Assembly (NCBI GenBank): GCA_003427395.1 | Contig: BFEA01000030.1 | Span: forward strand, 4,247,321-4,311,320 | Direction of reading: 5' to 3' | Origin: Chara braunii | Taxonomy: Eukaryota > Plantae > Charophyceae | Length of the DNA stretch: 64,000 nucleotides | Part shown: positions 13,471 through 26,433 of the stretch, in pieces | Layout: each line of letters begins with the position of its first letter | How positions within the stretch are numbered: position 1 is the stretch's first letter | Made by a program: the position numbers and the translations under genes | Notes under the pieces: generated by a model | The model's input: the letters and a program-made list of their open reading frames with translations, nothing else | Databases searched by the model: none | What the model was told of the DNA's origin: nothing

Positions 13471-14318
13471 GGAACCCTGCGGGTCCACCTCTCTGGAGAC
13501 CTGCTTCGCATGCTTAAGTAACAATGTCTTTCCACCGATTAGTAGCCTAGTTTCACCGAATGTCCTCCTAATTCGCCTCCAGCTATCGATCCATATATCT
13601 CCCTTACTGAACAACACAGTACCAGTTCTTCCTCCCATCTCTCGTTTCGACAACAGCCATCCTATCAGGGAAGCAAAACGTGTCCCCTGATATTCACAAA
13701 CAACTGTCTCCTTCACTTTAGCCCTTGTGGATCTTCCTATCCTTTCGCGCCTTCCTTTTCTCCTTCTACGGTGTGCTCTGCCGTCCTGCTTCCTAGCTTC
13801 CCTCGTGTTCGAGCTCGGATTCAGGTCGGCGATCATGAAGCTCTCGAAAGCGTAGTCGTCCTCCTTGACGGCGTGCCGTAGTCGTCCTCCTTGACGGCGT
13901 GCCGGATTGGTAGGATAACGTATTTTTCTGGGCCAAACGCCCTCATCCATCTGTAGAGGTGAGGCGTCAGGCCCAGCGCATTGCAACGTGCATTCCGGCA
14001 GTGCTCCCGCCATCTCTGGATTATCGGATGAACCGTACATCCGACGTAGCTCTTCCTATTCCAAGGGCTAACTACAGCGTAGACTCCTGGTGAGTTAAGC
14101 TCCAACAAGTCTCCCAACCTCTCGGTCCTAGCGAAATACTTCTCCAACCAAGGGATCTGTCCCCTAATCGTGAGCAAGATCGTAGTGAGTGATATCACTA
14201 CTTCAACCTTCCTACTCACCTCTGGACTAGCTTCTGCTCCCACAATGCTGTGCGCCGTCCTAACCACAAAACCAATGAGTTCCAAAGTTGGGCATTCGTG
14301 GGAGCCGGGAACTGTCAA
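13471..14318 (-). pseudogene. GIY-YIG endonuclease of the Penelope-like element, frameshifted by a short tandem duplication at ~13850-13903
   Basis: GVYAVVSPWNRKSYVGCT..IIQRWREH, followed in the other frame by AFESFMIADLNPSSN. Confidence 0.85.
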
Positions 14319-14329
14319 TTGGAGTCCTC

Positions 14330-15580
14330 CTATGGTAATGTCGGTGCTGATTTCAAGACGACTCGTGGCTGTCTTGCGCTCCTTTGTTCCTGCACAATCC
14401 TGTCCTTCCTCATCTCAGCTCCAGGTGTTAGTGGTGCTTTCCCTTTTCTGGTGGCGCTCTCGTCCTCCTCTTTTTCTTCGAAGCCATCGTAGGCCAACTG
14501 TACTTGTTGCCTTGCCAGTAGTTCCACTACCTCGGGCTTCTTAGTGTACTTAATGCCTTTCTTGTCGCAAATCTTCCTCAAATCTGGAGCGCTCTCTCCT
14601 GAGTAGATCTTGTGAGCGGAGATGCAATAATCGATGAGTCCTTTTTGAGAGCAGCTAGTTGAAAGTCCTTTATATCCGCCCGTTAGAGGAGTCTTCGGTT
14701 CCTCTGTTCCTTCCACTCGTTCCGCTCCGTCGGCCCCCGGTGGTGTCTCCCCGCATCGGGCATTACCATGCTTCGAACATTCACCTCTTTCGAATCTAGG
14801 AATGAGGTTGACTGGCGAGACTGCAACCTTCTCCTTAACCTTACCGGCCTTTGCTTTGGTTCCTCTCCTACTTACCTTCGCTCTGCGCGCCTTATCCCGG
14901 ACTGGTGCTTCCTCTGAATCCGTTGAGGCTTAGGATGTTCCGGAATCCGTTGTTGTCGTCAAGTCCGAGGTCTCAGAAGATCCAGAATATCTCTGCCTTC
15001 TTGTCTTCTTGCCTTTCCTCTTATTTTTCCTGGATTTTCGATCTTTCGCAGAATGACGTCTAGTCTTCACGGTTGCATTCTTCAAAGCCAGCTCTGCCTC
15101 TTGATTCTTTTTCTTCCATTCTTCGTTTAGGTCCATCAGCAGTTGCAGTTTGAGCTCTTCCATCTTCCTAGCGAAGTCTTGGTTCTGTCGTAGCTCATCT
15201 TCTTCTCTTGCCTTCTTCTCCTCCTCTGCTTTCCGCTTCTCTTCCAGTTCCTGCCTCTCCCTCCGTAATTGCCTATGATGCTCTTTAATTTCCTCGAGTT
15301 CGGGGTCGATCGTATTCTGGTTCTGCTGGTTAAAATGCCCTCGGCTCGTCCAGCAATCGCGGGCGTAGTGCCTGAGCTTGCCGCAATTGTAGCAGCCGCT
15401 ATTCGATGTGCCTGGCAAAGCACCGCCAGCTCCTCCTTGGCCCCCTTGAGGGGTAAGGTTTCCCATTCCTCCATTATAGTTTCCACCACCGTACCCGTTA
15501 CCGTTTCCGCCCGCAGGTCCGTTAGTCAGATACATGATGGAAGAATTTTCAAAAAACCCGTAGCAGGGTCTTCCCGACAA
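14330..15580 (-). pseudogene. Upstream ORF of the Penelope-like element: CCHC knuckle, coiled coil, basic region, SAP-like motif (broken)
   Basis: CYNCGKLRHYARDC, an E/K/R-rich helix, and SAPDLRKICDKKGIKYTKKPEVVELLARQ resembling a SAP helix-loop-helix. Confidence 0.7.
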
Positions 15581-16491
15581 ACCCCCCCCGTTAATCCTAC
15601 TGCTGTCGTGACTGTAGGTCCGACAATATAATCCGCCAACAATTGCCTCAAGTGGTCCAACTAGATCTAATCTTCATTTAGACAGTAGGTTCACCAATAA
15701 TAAACCGTCGATAATTGCCTCAAGTGTTCAAACTACCTTTAATCCTCGTTTGGCGGGTGAAATCGTGGCATCTAGTTATCATTGTCTCCAGATTTCGGCA
15801 ATCTCCTCATAATTAACGTAGCCCTCCCTCATCGTAATCTTCGTTCTGTCAATGCGTACTAACGTTTCAAGCAGCTCGTCATAAAGTTTGTCACGAATTT
15901 GAATATTCTCGACACAAATAGTCATGTAGAACATCGGTCTGATCGTCGTTTTTACATACCGATTCAACGTTCTCCTCAACCTTATATGAAGCGGCACAGC
16001 ACGGACGTTGGAAAGACGTCTGAAACCGCATCTTCTACAGTGGGTCGGCATTATCAACGTCCAGAGAGTCACAGTGCAACACCGAGAACTATAAGTCCTG
16101 CCCCTATTATCATTAGTTAAATCCCAAAGAAGATAGTTCTCACCATAGCCTTCCCCCGTCCCATGTCACGTCAAATTTACGCTTATCATCAGTCCAATCC
16201 CAAAGAAGATAGTTCTCACCATAGCCTTCCCCCGTCCCATGTCACGTCAAATCTACGCTTCAAGCCTATCGCCTGTATCCAAGTAAACTTAGTTCGTACC
16301 GCTCATTTCTCATTCTCCAAGTTCTCCTCCCCTTACCTACGTTATCCCATCCTCGTCGTGGCTTCCACAACCGCCGGACAGGATCGAGCCAAACTTGTGT
16401 TACGCTTGTGCAGGAATCATCTTTCTCTCTCTCGTATCGTCGTCGTAGCCACCAAACTAACATATACAGCTTTCGGTTACTACGTGCCTAC

Positions 16492-17486
16492 GAGTAAGGC
16501 AGAATTGCGGCCAAACAGCTCTCGTGGCAAGATAGTGAGTAGTCAACTGACATAGCAACCAGAATGCAAGTTCAGAGCGAAGCTCAAACTCGAAAAAACT
16601 GATAAAATCGGAATGCAAGTTCAGAGATAAGCACGAAGCACAGATAGCTCAAACTCGAAAATTGATTCAGATGCCAGAAAACATACACACACATCGTCAC
16701 CACCATAGCGCAGCACTAGTGGAATCCCCCAACCGGTTTCGCCCGTACCACTATACGGGTCTCCTCAGGAGGGTGAACTCAGCAGAGTTCGTGTGCCAAA
16801 AAGGGAGCTACTGGCCTTGCTCCCCCTAGTATATATAGCTCATAGTAGCTCATAACTGACGTCGTGCTCTATCAAAGTTCCCTTCCTATCCTTCCGCCTC
16901 AAGAGTCTGGTGAGTGGGCCCACAAGAAGCAAATATAGTAGCGCGCAGGTCGCCGATCTTCCGTATCGGTCGAAAACTCGAAACGTCGGTTTTTTTTTCT
17001 CCCCAGGTACTCATGCTGGTACCTGTCCGATTACCGGGTCCGGTTCCTAGACAAAATACAGAACACATTATCATACTCCTATTCTATCATCTACTGCACC
17101 CGGCATGCCTAGTGGTCCGGTGCATTCTCGAACTAATTCTTATTTCAAAATCCTATAACCGACTATTACACCCGGCATGCCTAGTGGTCCGGTGTATATC
17201 TCCGAAGTCTGTATCAAAACACAAAATCCAGGTCGGTACACCCTGGGAGTACTGACAGAACGTTCGAGCGACCAAGAACATAAACAATTGAATAAATAGA
17301 TAAATAAATAAACGGCTGACTAACGAACTAGTGTACCTCCGGGCACTGTACCCCTGTCGATTGCCCGGGTTCTTCCGAATTCTTTTTCAACCCATCATCC
17401 GCCGTATCTGGTTGGCATACTTCATCAGATTCAGCAGTTTCCACAGTCCCGGGTCATTCGCAGCCTTGGCCAAATTGGCCAGGGCG

Positions 17487-17490
<4 letters not shown>
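16492..17490 (-). repeat. 5' pseudo-LTR of the Penelope-like element
   Basis: Direct repeat of 10481-11490. It merges into (GA)n at a GAGAGAGA microhomology. Confidence 0.92.
16726..16773 (-). ncRNA. Minimal type I hammerhead ribozyme (second pseudo-LTR copy)
   Basis: Same sequence as 10723-10770. Confidence 0.8.
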
Positions 17491-17569
<79 letters not shown>

Positions 17570-17938
17570 CGTCAGAGAGTGTCNNNNNNNNNNNNNNNNN
17601 NNNNNNNNNNNNNNNNNNNNNNNNNNNNNNNNNNNNNNNNNNNNNNNNNNNNNNNNNNNNNNNNNNNNNNNNNNNNNNNNNNNNNNNNNNNNNNNNNNNN
17701 NNNNNNNNNNNNNNNNNNNNNNNNNNNNNNNNNNNNNNNNNNNNNNNNNNNNNNNNNNNNNNNNNNNNNNNNNNNNNNNNNNNNNNNNNNNNNNNNNNNN
17801 NNNNNNNNNNNNNNNNNNNNNNNNNNNNNNNNNNNNNNNNNNNNNNNNNNNNNNNNNNNNNNNNNNNNNNNNNNNNNNNNNNNNNNNNNNNNNNNNNNNN
17901 NNNNNNNNNNNNNNNNNNNNNNNNNNNNNNNNNNNNNN

Positions 17939-18003
<65 letters not shown>

Positions 18004-18077
18004 GAGTGCCCCGCCCGACACAGCGCATTAACGGCCATGTCGGCTTTTTCAAGCTGGGCGAGGTACAGGTGTTTTAA

Positions 18078-18220
18078 ACTGCCAGTACCTTTCCCAGCTA
18101 TGGGTCGCGGGCCCTGCGCGCTGAGTTTTGACGGCGCATCTGGCCGCCGCCGGAGGCCGAGTGCGGCCCCAGTGTTAACCGCCGGGATTCGGCAAAATGC
18201 CTGGGAAAGGTACTGGTGGT
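18078..18220. mobile_element. MITE of the ACCACCAGTAC-TIR family
   Basis: ttaa|ACTGCCAGTACCTTTCCCAG ... CTGGGAAAGGTACTGGTGGT|ttat. Confidence 0.7.
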
Positions 18221-18635
18221 TTATACCACGACTACCTTTCACAGGCAAACACAAAGTCCATCTTGTAGCCTACAAGTTGGAATTCGTGGCCTCGGGGCAG
18301 GCCTGGCCCCCGCCGCTGAGATTCAGATAAATCAACATGAGAAAAAAAAAAAAAAAAGTATCTGACAGCTACTACATCCGTGATGTCGGGAAAGGCCCTC
18401 ACCCAGGGCATAGTACCACTTGTAGTTTCCAGAATGCATGTGCCCACTATTAGGGAAACATGAGCATTGCTTTTTTTTTTTTTTTTTGAAGCTTGGTCCA
18501 TTCGTATGCAACGCTGTCCAACCCACAATCATCTCCAGAGATGATGACGGGTCAAACGGTGGAGGTGGGAGAGGGGAACAATGTAGAAAGGTTGTTTTTT
18601 TTCCCCCTGAAGAAGACCGCGTGGCGGCGGTCGAA

Positions 18636-18810
18636 ACCAGTCGGTACCTGACCCAGCTATCGGCCGCGGTGCTTCCCCGTTAACATGCCACACCTTTAGG
18701 GCTTCAGGGTACCGGACCACAATGGCTGGAAGCGCCAGGTGCTTCGGCAAAAATTGGAGCGCAGGGGCATTCCAGGCTCGGCATGGATAGCTGGGCCAAG
18801 TACTGGTGGT
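18636..18810. mobile_element. MITE of the ACCACCAGTAC-TIR family, left end degenerate
   Basis: Right end GATAGCTGGGCCAAGTACTGGTGGT|ttaa. The interior resembles the reverse complement of 59661-59861. Confidence 0.65.
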
Positions 18811-19940
18811 TTAATGCAATCTTTGTACACATTGTACTTTCATGCAATTTTGTGTTGTATTTTTTAGTGCAGTCGTGTATCTGAGTATACGTGTGCTATC
18901 CGTGTACTTGTATATCTCATCATTCAGCAGTTCAACCAATGGAAAGAGAGGATACCGACAGACTGTTTCATCAGACTGTGTCACCCAGTCTTTATTTTTT
19001 TTTCTTTGACTGGGGCGTCCAACTGCACTTGTCGAGAGCAGGCAGAATCCGCAATAATTTTTCTGAACTTGTTTTTTTTTTTTTTTTTTTTTTTGTTATA
19101 TTTAGGAATAGCACTTATGTAAACCCTCTATCCCAGCGGTGGTAAGAGAACCGTCAGGATTGAGGGTTTATCTGTCAGGCTGCTCCATCTATTGGTGGGG
19201 AGCAGCACCTGCTGGAAACCGGGTCCAGCGTCCCATTGATACATCTTATAACATGGAGATCACTGTTTGTTGTTCCCTGCGGCTGTGAGCTTTTCTCTTC
19301 TCAGACTCGGGTCTCCGCTGTCCCATGGAGCTGCTAGTGATTCCCCTCCCTTCTTAGAGCACCCCGTATTTATTAGCCCAGCCCTGGAAAGCAGCCCCCC
19401 ATTGGAATGCCAGACCTATTTTACTATCCCTTGAACCCCTTAAACCCTATACCCTCTACCCTCTTCAACCTCCTACACCCGACCTTCATAATCCTAGAAT
19501 CCAGAAGCTCATGCTACAGAACTCGCCTTCCAAGCTTATAATTTGGTAGACACTTCTGCTATCATAGCTAAATTCGCTCGCCTGTTTGTCAGCGTAGGAT
19601 GGGTGACAATGAAGTCATATCTCGTGAGACACCCTTAATAGCTAGAAACTTTTATTGCCACCGCCACCTGCTTCTGCTATCTGTTTCTTGTGGTGAGCTG
19701 CCGCCGCTGTAGCGCACAGGCCTTCCTCAGCACTCTTTCTCTTGTAACTTTATTTTGGGGGGTTTGGGGGGTTTGGGGGGTTTGGGAGGTGGGGCAGGGG
19801 GGAGAGTGGGGAAGGGGAAGATGGGGGTTAAAGTGTTTGCCCTTTTTTCTTTTTCTCTTGTTTTTAATTATATTTTTCTTTTTCTCACCCACTCTACAGG
19901 AGGTTGAACTTTTGTTTTTCTTTTCTTCTTTTCTTCTTAA

Positions 19941-20256
19941 ACCACCACTACCTTTCCCATATGTCGGCCGCTGGCATCTTGTAGCCTACCCCCTTAAAAT
20001 ACCTGCCGCCCTGCCGTTGCTATTTTTCATGTCAAGGGACACTGGACCGGTTTTCCAGCAGGTGATGCCCCCCACCAATAGATGGGGCCTTCCCTGCATT
20101 GCTAGCCGTGGCTGCTCTTACCAGCACTGCGATCGACTGCAAGGGCTGTTTAATACATAGATAAATAAATAAATAAATAAAATTCATCGACGGAGCGTCG
20201 CGACCGGATTTGAATTTGAGGCCCGCGGCCCCACATGTGAGAAAGGTATTGGTGGT
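19941..20256. mobile_element. MITE of the ACCACCAGTAC-TIR family with TTAA TSD, containing a LINE-tail motif
   Basis: ttaa|ACCACCACTACCTTTCCCATATGT ... ACATGTGAGAAAGGTATTGGTGGT|ttaa. Confidence 0.72.
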
Positions 20257-20264
20257 TTAAAGAA

Positions 20265-20721
20265 GGGGCTCGTTCGACACTCATCGGGCGCGTAAAGTCC
20301 CCGAGGAATTGTTCGTCCCACCTATCCTCGGGGATGCAGTCGGCAAAAAAAAAGTGAAAACACTCCGAAGGAAATTACTTGGGCTCCGAGGATTCCCCAG
20401 GCATTTCTTCCTTTTGCCAAAGGGACCTCACGAGGTCCCTTGGGCAAAAGGAATCCGCGTTTCACGGAGAGTAGCGGGCACATGGGTAGAGAGATGTTAC
20501 AACCGAGAATCTGGATCGTGGCGGCACCCTATTGGCTGAAGGCCTCAAACACATTTGTTTTTTTTTTTCTTTTCTTTTTTCTTGTCTGACATCGTTCGAA
20601 GGAAATCTCCTCGGGCGACGTCCCCGAGGACAGGTGGAACGATGGCGGGAATTTCCTTAAAAACCCCCAAGGAAACTTCCTTCGGCCCCGAGGACGCCCC
20701 AAGGAGTGTCGAACGAGCCCC
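20265..20721. mobile_element. PIF/Harbinger-like MITE
   Basis: Perfect TIR GGGGCTCGTTCGACACTC / GAGTGTCGAACGAGCCCC with a 3-bp TSD GAA on both sides. Confidence 0.85.
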
Positions 20722-21132
20722 GAAGTATTCATTAGTCAAGCATTCAAACCATACCTGCGGCGCAAGTGTGCGGTGCGCCATGCGGTGCGGTGCGCTGGTC
20801 ACCGGTGTGGGGAAAAAAAAAAAAAAAAAAAAAACCGGCTATGATGTGTGAGAAGAGAGAGAGAGAGAGAGAGAGGGCAAACATTGAACTCCTTAACATT
20901 AATATGAAAACCCCTGCGCGTTATCCAAGAGGCCCCTGCAGAGAATTAGCAAGGGCCTCCTCATCATGAACAAGGCAATGCTCATACCCAGACTACGGTC
21001 GTGGCACGCCAAGTATATGTGGTGTTGATTCACATTAAGGTCCATGTTTCAGCAGTTATGGGACCACTGAGCACGCGTACAGTAGCAGGCCAACTCACCA
21101 CGCGCTTTTCAGGGCTTCCCTCCACTACTCAC

Positions 21133-21400
21133 CAAATGTGCAAAACTTAAATGAATCTTCTGCTACAACATGGAATCATACGCTGCCGTATGTTTTGTCT
21201 TTTGTGCAAGTGGTGACGAGTGGAGCAAGGCCCTTAGGGCCACTGCTCGTGGGAAAATGAAAGATAAGAAGGAGAGAGTCCCCAAATGTGCAAAACTAGA
21301 ATGAATCTTCTGCTTGAACATGGAATCATACGGCGCCATATGTTTTGTCTTTTGTGCAAGTGGTGACGAGTTGAGCAAGGCCCTTAGGGCCACTGCTCGT
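21133..21400. repeat. Tandem duplication, ~150 bp period
   Basis: CAAATGTGCAAAACT...GGCCCTTAGGGCCACTGCTCGT occurs at ~21133-21250 and ~21283-21400. Confidence 0.85.
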
Positions 21401-22340
21401 AGGAAAACGAAAGAGAGCTACGGTAGTAAGTCGTTGCAACTTGTTACCCATAACCGCTGGAAAACAGACCTGACTTCGGATGCAGACTATATATTGGCGG
21501 CCTGCTCCACTCTTCCACAAAATTTGCTGAACGTCTCTTAAGACGTAGGGACCCTTGCAGATGCACTGCTGGGGTCCTTCGGGAAAAAGGCTATGCAACG
21601 AGGAAAACGTGGCCCCATTTTTTTTTTTTTGTGCCCTTAGGTTTTCAGAAAGTAGGGGCGGCAGTGGCTACCTCAGCCAGCCCTCTCCGAATTTTTTTTC
21701 TTACCCTATTTTTGGGGGTGCGCCGCATCACATGCGCGCGCATGCTTGCGCGTGCGCTATGCGCCGCACGTGCGGAGCTCGCGCGCACGAGATGCGTCGC
21801 AGGTATGATTGAAACACAAGTTCAAACACAGATAAGCAACATGCACAAAGAAAACCACTCAAGACAAGATGAGGGAACATAGCGCAGATATAGTTCGAGC
21901 GATAAGCATCAATAAGCACAGCGATGTCAGGCGATTAGACCCAACACCGTGTTTCTGTCGGTCGCCTTTTTTTTTTTTTTTTTTTTTTTTTTGAAGTTCG
22001 TACTCAGGTCTGTATTTCAGCAGTTCAGGGATGTTTCGCTTTCCACTGACGTGAGTCGGCGGTAGCGAGGGAAGGATAGTGGAACGAACGGTGGTCTCCT
22101 GGGTATGTGGAATGTTTCGAATGTTTCCTGTATTGTTTACCAATTTGTACTTGGTACTTGTCACTTTTGTCTTCACCATCTGGACCTTGTCGTGATGACT
22201 TTGTCTTGATTCTCTCAACTTGCGTTTGGCTGACTCTACGTTTTTGCTTGAGTCCATGCATAACATAACATACTGTATTTCAGTAGTTCAGGGGTGTACC
22301 AACTTAGAAAGTTTTAACTGAGCTAGGACAACGGGTGAGG

Positions 22341-23363
22341 TGCAATGAACCCAGATCGTGAAGACAGTTGTCAACAATGCAAGTCCAAATGAGTGTCAAC
22401 CAGCTGATGATTATCAATAATTGTATTCGTGTCCAGATACCCAACAGAAGAGAAGACCTACACAGATGAGGTAGATGAGAGGGAGGAAAGACTTAGAGCG
22501 GGGAAGATAGAAACAATGCCCACTACTTTTTCGGGATCCCTCCGCAATCACCACCTCAATAATCAATAATCTGAACGAGTATCTGAAGTAACCTCAATGT
22601 GCCACGTGGCACGTCTAGTCAGCCCCTCATCAATGCTGGAGCAATGTCGACATGAAGACAACCAGGTAAGTATCCACGATCTCTCCACAGTCCTGACCTC
22701 CTTCTGAATGATGATAATCGGAACAACAACATAAGTCACATGGCTTCGCCTAGTCAACATAGTAGTACAGGTGGCAACAGCCACATCAGCGACATCGCAT
22801 GGCAGCTGCCACGTCAGCATGCCAAGAACACAGGTGCAAGCCAGCCACCATGCCGGACCAGCAGCGCGTCGCCGTAGACACAATGCCAGCACAAAGCCAA
22901 CGCTCAACCAGCTTAGCAGTGTCGAGCCAGAATCGTCGTCAATGCATGAAGTCAGCATCGACATAAGACAGAATGAATGTCAAAGCCAGGAAAGTCAGCG
23001 CTTATGTAGCCTTGACTCGGGGTCTGTGCCCCGGATGCTACCACCCTCAGCCGTCCAGATCTCGATGCAAACTAAGGCCCAGATTGGTCTGAAACCGAAT
23101 TCCCTCCGGCCTGGATGCTTGTTTAGGTACCTGAGCATAACAAGTGAGTGTATCCAACCAAGGGCCTGGTGGCGGTACCTTTGACTCTACAGTTGACTTT
23201 GACCCTTTAATTTCTTGTGTGCAGCATTAGGTCACACAGCCAAACGTGACAGACTCAGGCATGGGCGTGTCTTGGTCACACAGCCCAGCGCATACCAACT
23301 CAGGTCTGCGTTGCCTGGGGCTGAATTCTGGGCCCCAGGCTACTTCTGAACAGGGTTACTGCA
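22341..23363 (-). repeat. 3' LTR
   Basis: Direct repeat of 29957-30979. On the minus strand it is preceded by the PPT-like GGGCCGGCAGGAA. Confidence 0.95.
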
Positions 23364-23483
23364 TTCCTGCCGGCCCATTTTCGAGTTCCACCGCAGAAAT
23401 ATTTAAGACTTTAATCCTCGTTCATAAGCAGCGACAATATCAGGAACATTTTCAAGTAGATCTCGTTTACTAAACCATCTGTC

Positions 23484-24760
23484 CTAAGATGGTGCCTGAG
23501 ACTTAAAACGTACCTTGAACTGCTTTTGTGGTCGTCCACGTCCTCCCATAGAGAAGTAACCATGCTCTATGATTCTGTCTACCTCATATCTGCCTTCCAT
23601 AGATGGCGGAATCATAGAGGGTCTGTTTGGAAATTCATTCCTTTTTACATAGGGCATCAGTTTGGACGTGTGAAAGACAAGATAAGTTTTAAGATGAGGG
23701 GGAATATCAATGTGATAAGACGGTCTCTTTGCATCTCCAATTACTTTGAGAATTTCCCAGAGTCCAAAATGGACAGGAAGCAATTTCTGGACACATCTTC
23801 CTGTAATGAGAAAACTCTTTAGATTTTACCCAAACCAGATCACCCTCTTTAAATGTAGACGGTCGACGGTGCCTGTTGGCTTGTTCAATCATCCGTAGTT
23901 GAGCTTTCCTTAGATTATCTTTAACTTTCTGAATGTCCTCCTGGAACAATATTGCATATTCTCGGGTCCCTTGGGCAACCTAAGGAATTGATCTCGGTTT
24001 AGTACATCAATGGGACGTTTAGGTTTCCACCCTGTGTGAAGTGCATTCGGGGTTCGTCCAGTGGAAGTGTGGACACTGTTGTTATATGCACTAACAATTT
24101 TGGGTAAGTTCTCGTCCCAATCAACGCAAAAGCTGCTGGCACAGACGGTTCATCTGTTCAGTCTGGTCATTCGTTTCTGGATGCCTCCCTGACGACATAG
24201 TCAGCCGCGTGCCATAAGCTTTCATCAGTTTTTGCCATCGCAAACTGGTGAACCTGACATCTTGATCAGACACAATGGATTTAGGGAACCCATACTCAGT
24301 AACCCATCACATCTGAAATTTCTGAATGACAAGTTCAGTACGTGCTTCTGCTGGTAAGGGAACAAACATAGCGTATTTAGAGAAACGGTCCACAATTACT
24401 ATCACTTGACTATTACCATTGCGACTTTTAACGAGACTCATTCAGTCAATTGAGATAGACTCACCTGGTTCGCTTGGTATAGGTAATGGCTTGAGAAGTC
24501 CAAGGGGATTCTCATGCGATGGCTTGTTTCTCTGACACACTAAACAAGTACTAACATATGTTAGTACATCTTCTTTAAGTCCCTTCCATTTGAAACGTTC
24601 TCTAACTTCAACATATGTTTTCTTGAAACCAAAATGACCCTCATAATCGTGATATTCCCCAATTAAAGACTCTTAATCTCTTCCTTATGAGGAATACACA
24701 ATCTTTATTCGGTTTGGTAAATCAAGAGCAACAACCCATCAGTCAGTCTATAGTTGGGTA
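23484..24760 (-). pseudogene. Integrase and C-terminal chromodomain, frameshifted
   Basis: ANRHRRPSTFKEGDLVWVK, VFHTSKLMPY, chromodomain YEVDRIIEH..QFKVRFK. The reverse complement also encodes IVSDQDVRFTS and VSTCLVCQ. Confidence 0.88.
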
Positions 24761-24800
24761 GTTGGGACGAATCTCGTACAAGGATATCCATGATTGGTTT

Positions 24801-26412
24801 TCAGATCGGATCAGTAGCATATCCTTGGCGAATCTGGTCTTTCAGGTCATTCCCAACATCCAAGTAAGAGACAATTGCACCAAAGAAATCACTGCGTCGG
24901 GACAAAGCATCTATAACCACATTAGACTTACCTTTGATAGTCTTGAGTTCAAAGTTAAAGGTGTCAATGAATGCAGACCATCTTACCAACTTGTCAGAGA
25001 ATCTGGACTATGTTCTTATCCATTTAGGTTTGAGTGGTCTGAGTACACAGTAAAGTGCCTCCCTAACAGGTAGTGTCTCCATGTGTCCAACGCACAGACT
25101 AAGGCATAGAGTTTTCTTTCATACGTGGAGTTGGCGACTTTGTCAGATGACAATCGTTTAGGCATAAATTCTATGGGCCTATAACTCTTGCCGTCATCTT
25201 GTTGGAGAACAACGCCAATCCCATACTGACTTGCGTCAGTGGTGACAATGAAAGGCAAAGACGAGTCAACAATCTTAAGGATAGGGTAGTGAGTCAGTGC
25301 ATACTTCAGTTTCCGAAAGGAAGACTCACAATCCTTATCCCACAACCAGATAGTTTCTTTCTTAACAATCTTCGCATTGGTGCAACAATCATTGAGAAGT
25401 TTCTGACAAACTTCCTATAATAACTAGCTAGACCAAGGAAAAATCGCAGTTTAGTATTAGACTTAGGTTGTGGCCAATCTCTACTTGCTGATATTTTTTT
25501 CTCTTCCGGCCTTAGACCTTCTTCGTTTACTATGTGACCTAGGTATAACACTTCGGACTTAGCAAACTCATAATTCTTTGAGTTGACCTTAAAGTTGCCC
25601 TCACGCAACTTCCCTAGCACCAGACGAAGGTGCTTCTCATGATCCTCTATGTTTTACTATAAACTAGAATATCATCAAGATAGACAATGACAAACTTATC
25701 CAACCATTGAAGAAACAAGTCATTCATTGACCTTTGAAAAGTGGCAGGGACATTCGTTAATCCGAAGGGCATTACTACGAACTCATAGTGACCATACCTG
25801 GTTCGGAAAGCGGTCTTATGCTGATTGGAGGGTTCCACCTCGATCTGGTGATACCCAGATTTCAAGTCGATCTTACTAAAGTACCTGCATCCCTGTAACT
25901 GGTCAAGTAAGTCATCAATGCGAGGAAGCGGTTCAACATTCTTTACAATGACGACATTCAACCCTCTGTAGTCTATACAGAGACGTAACTCACCTTCCTT
26001 CTTAGGTACAAACAAGACAGGAGTACCATAAGGAGAGGAGCTAGGGTGAATCCATCCTTTTTTTTGTTAAGTCTTGTAGTTATTTCCTTAATTCCTCAAG
26101 TTTCCTAGCAGACATTCGGTAGATAGGGCCCTTGGGAATCTTACTACCAAGAATAATTTCAATGGTGTGCTTAATTGCACGCTCAGTTATTCCTGTTGGT
26201 TCAGTGAGTAATTCTTTATACTCGTTTAAGAGTTTTTCAATCGAAGGACGATAGAAAGTAGAAGATTCACCTGCTTTTTTTACTAAGACCATCATTACTT
26301 CATGTTCCAACCTTTTGTTTGAAACCATCGATCTAAATGTTGGATAACTCATACAACAGAAAGACAGACTAGAGTCAGAGCCAAACTTATGGTACAGTTT
26401 GATAGGTTTCAA
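24801..26412 (-). pseudogene. Gypsy reverse transcriptase and RNase H, frameshifted
   Basis: [66 protein letters not shown]. Confidence 0.95.
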
Positions 26413-26433
26413 TTCAGAGTATGCATCCCGCAG

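Larger units (their letters stand above)
10481..17490 (-). mobile_element. Penelope-like retroelement with N-terminal GIY-YIG (Naiad/Chlamys-type domain order), partial-tandem pseudo-LTRs, decayed
   Basis: ~1 kb direct repeats that include the RT 3' end, GIY-YIG upstream of a PLE-type RT, and a hammerhead motif in each repeat. Flanked by (CA)n and (GA)n. Confidence 0.88.
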
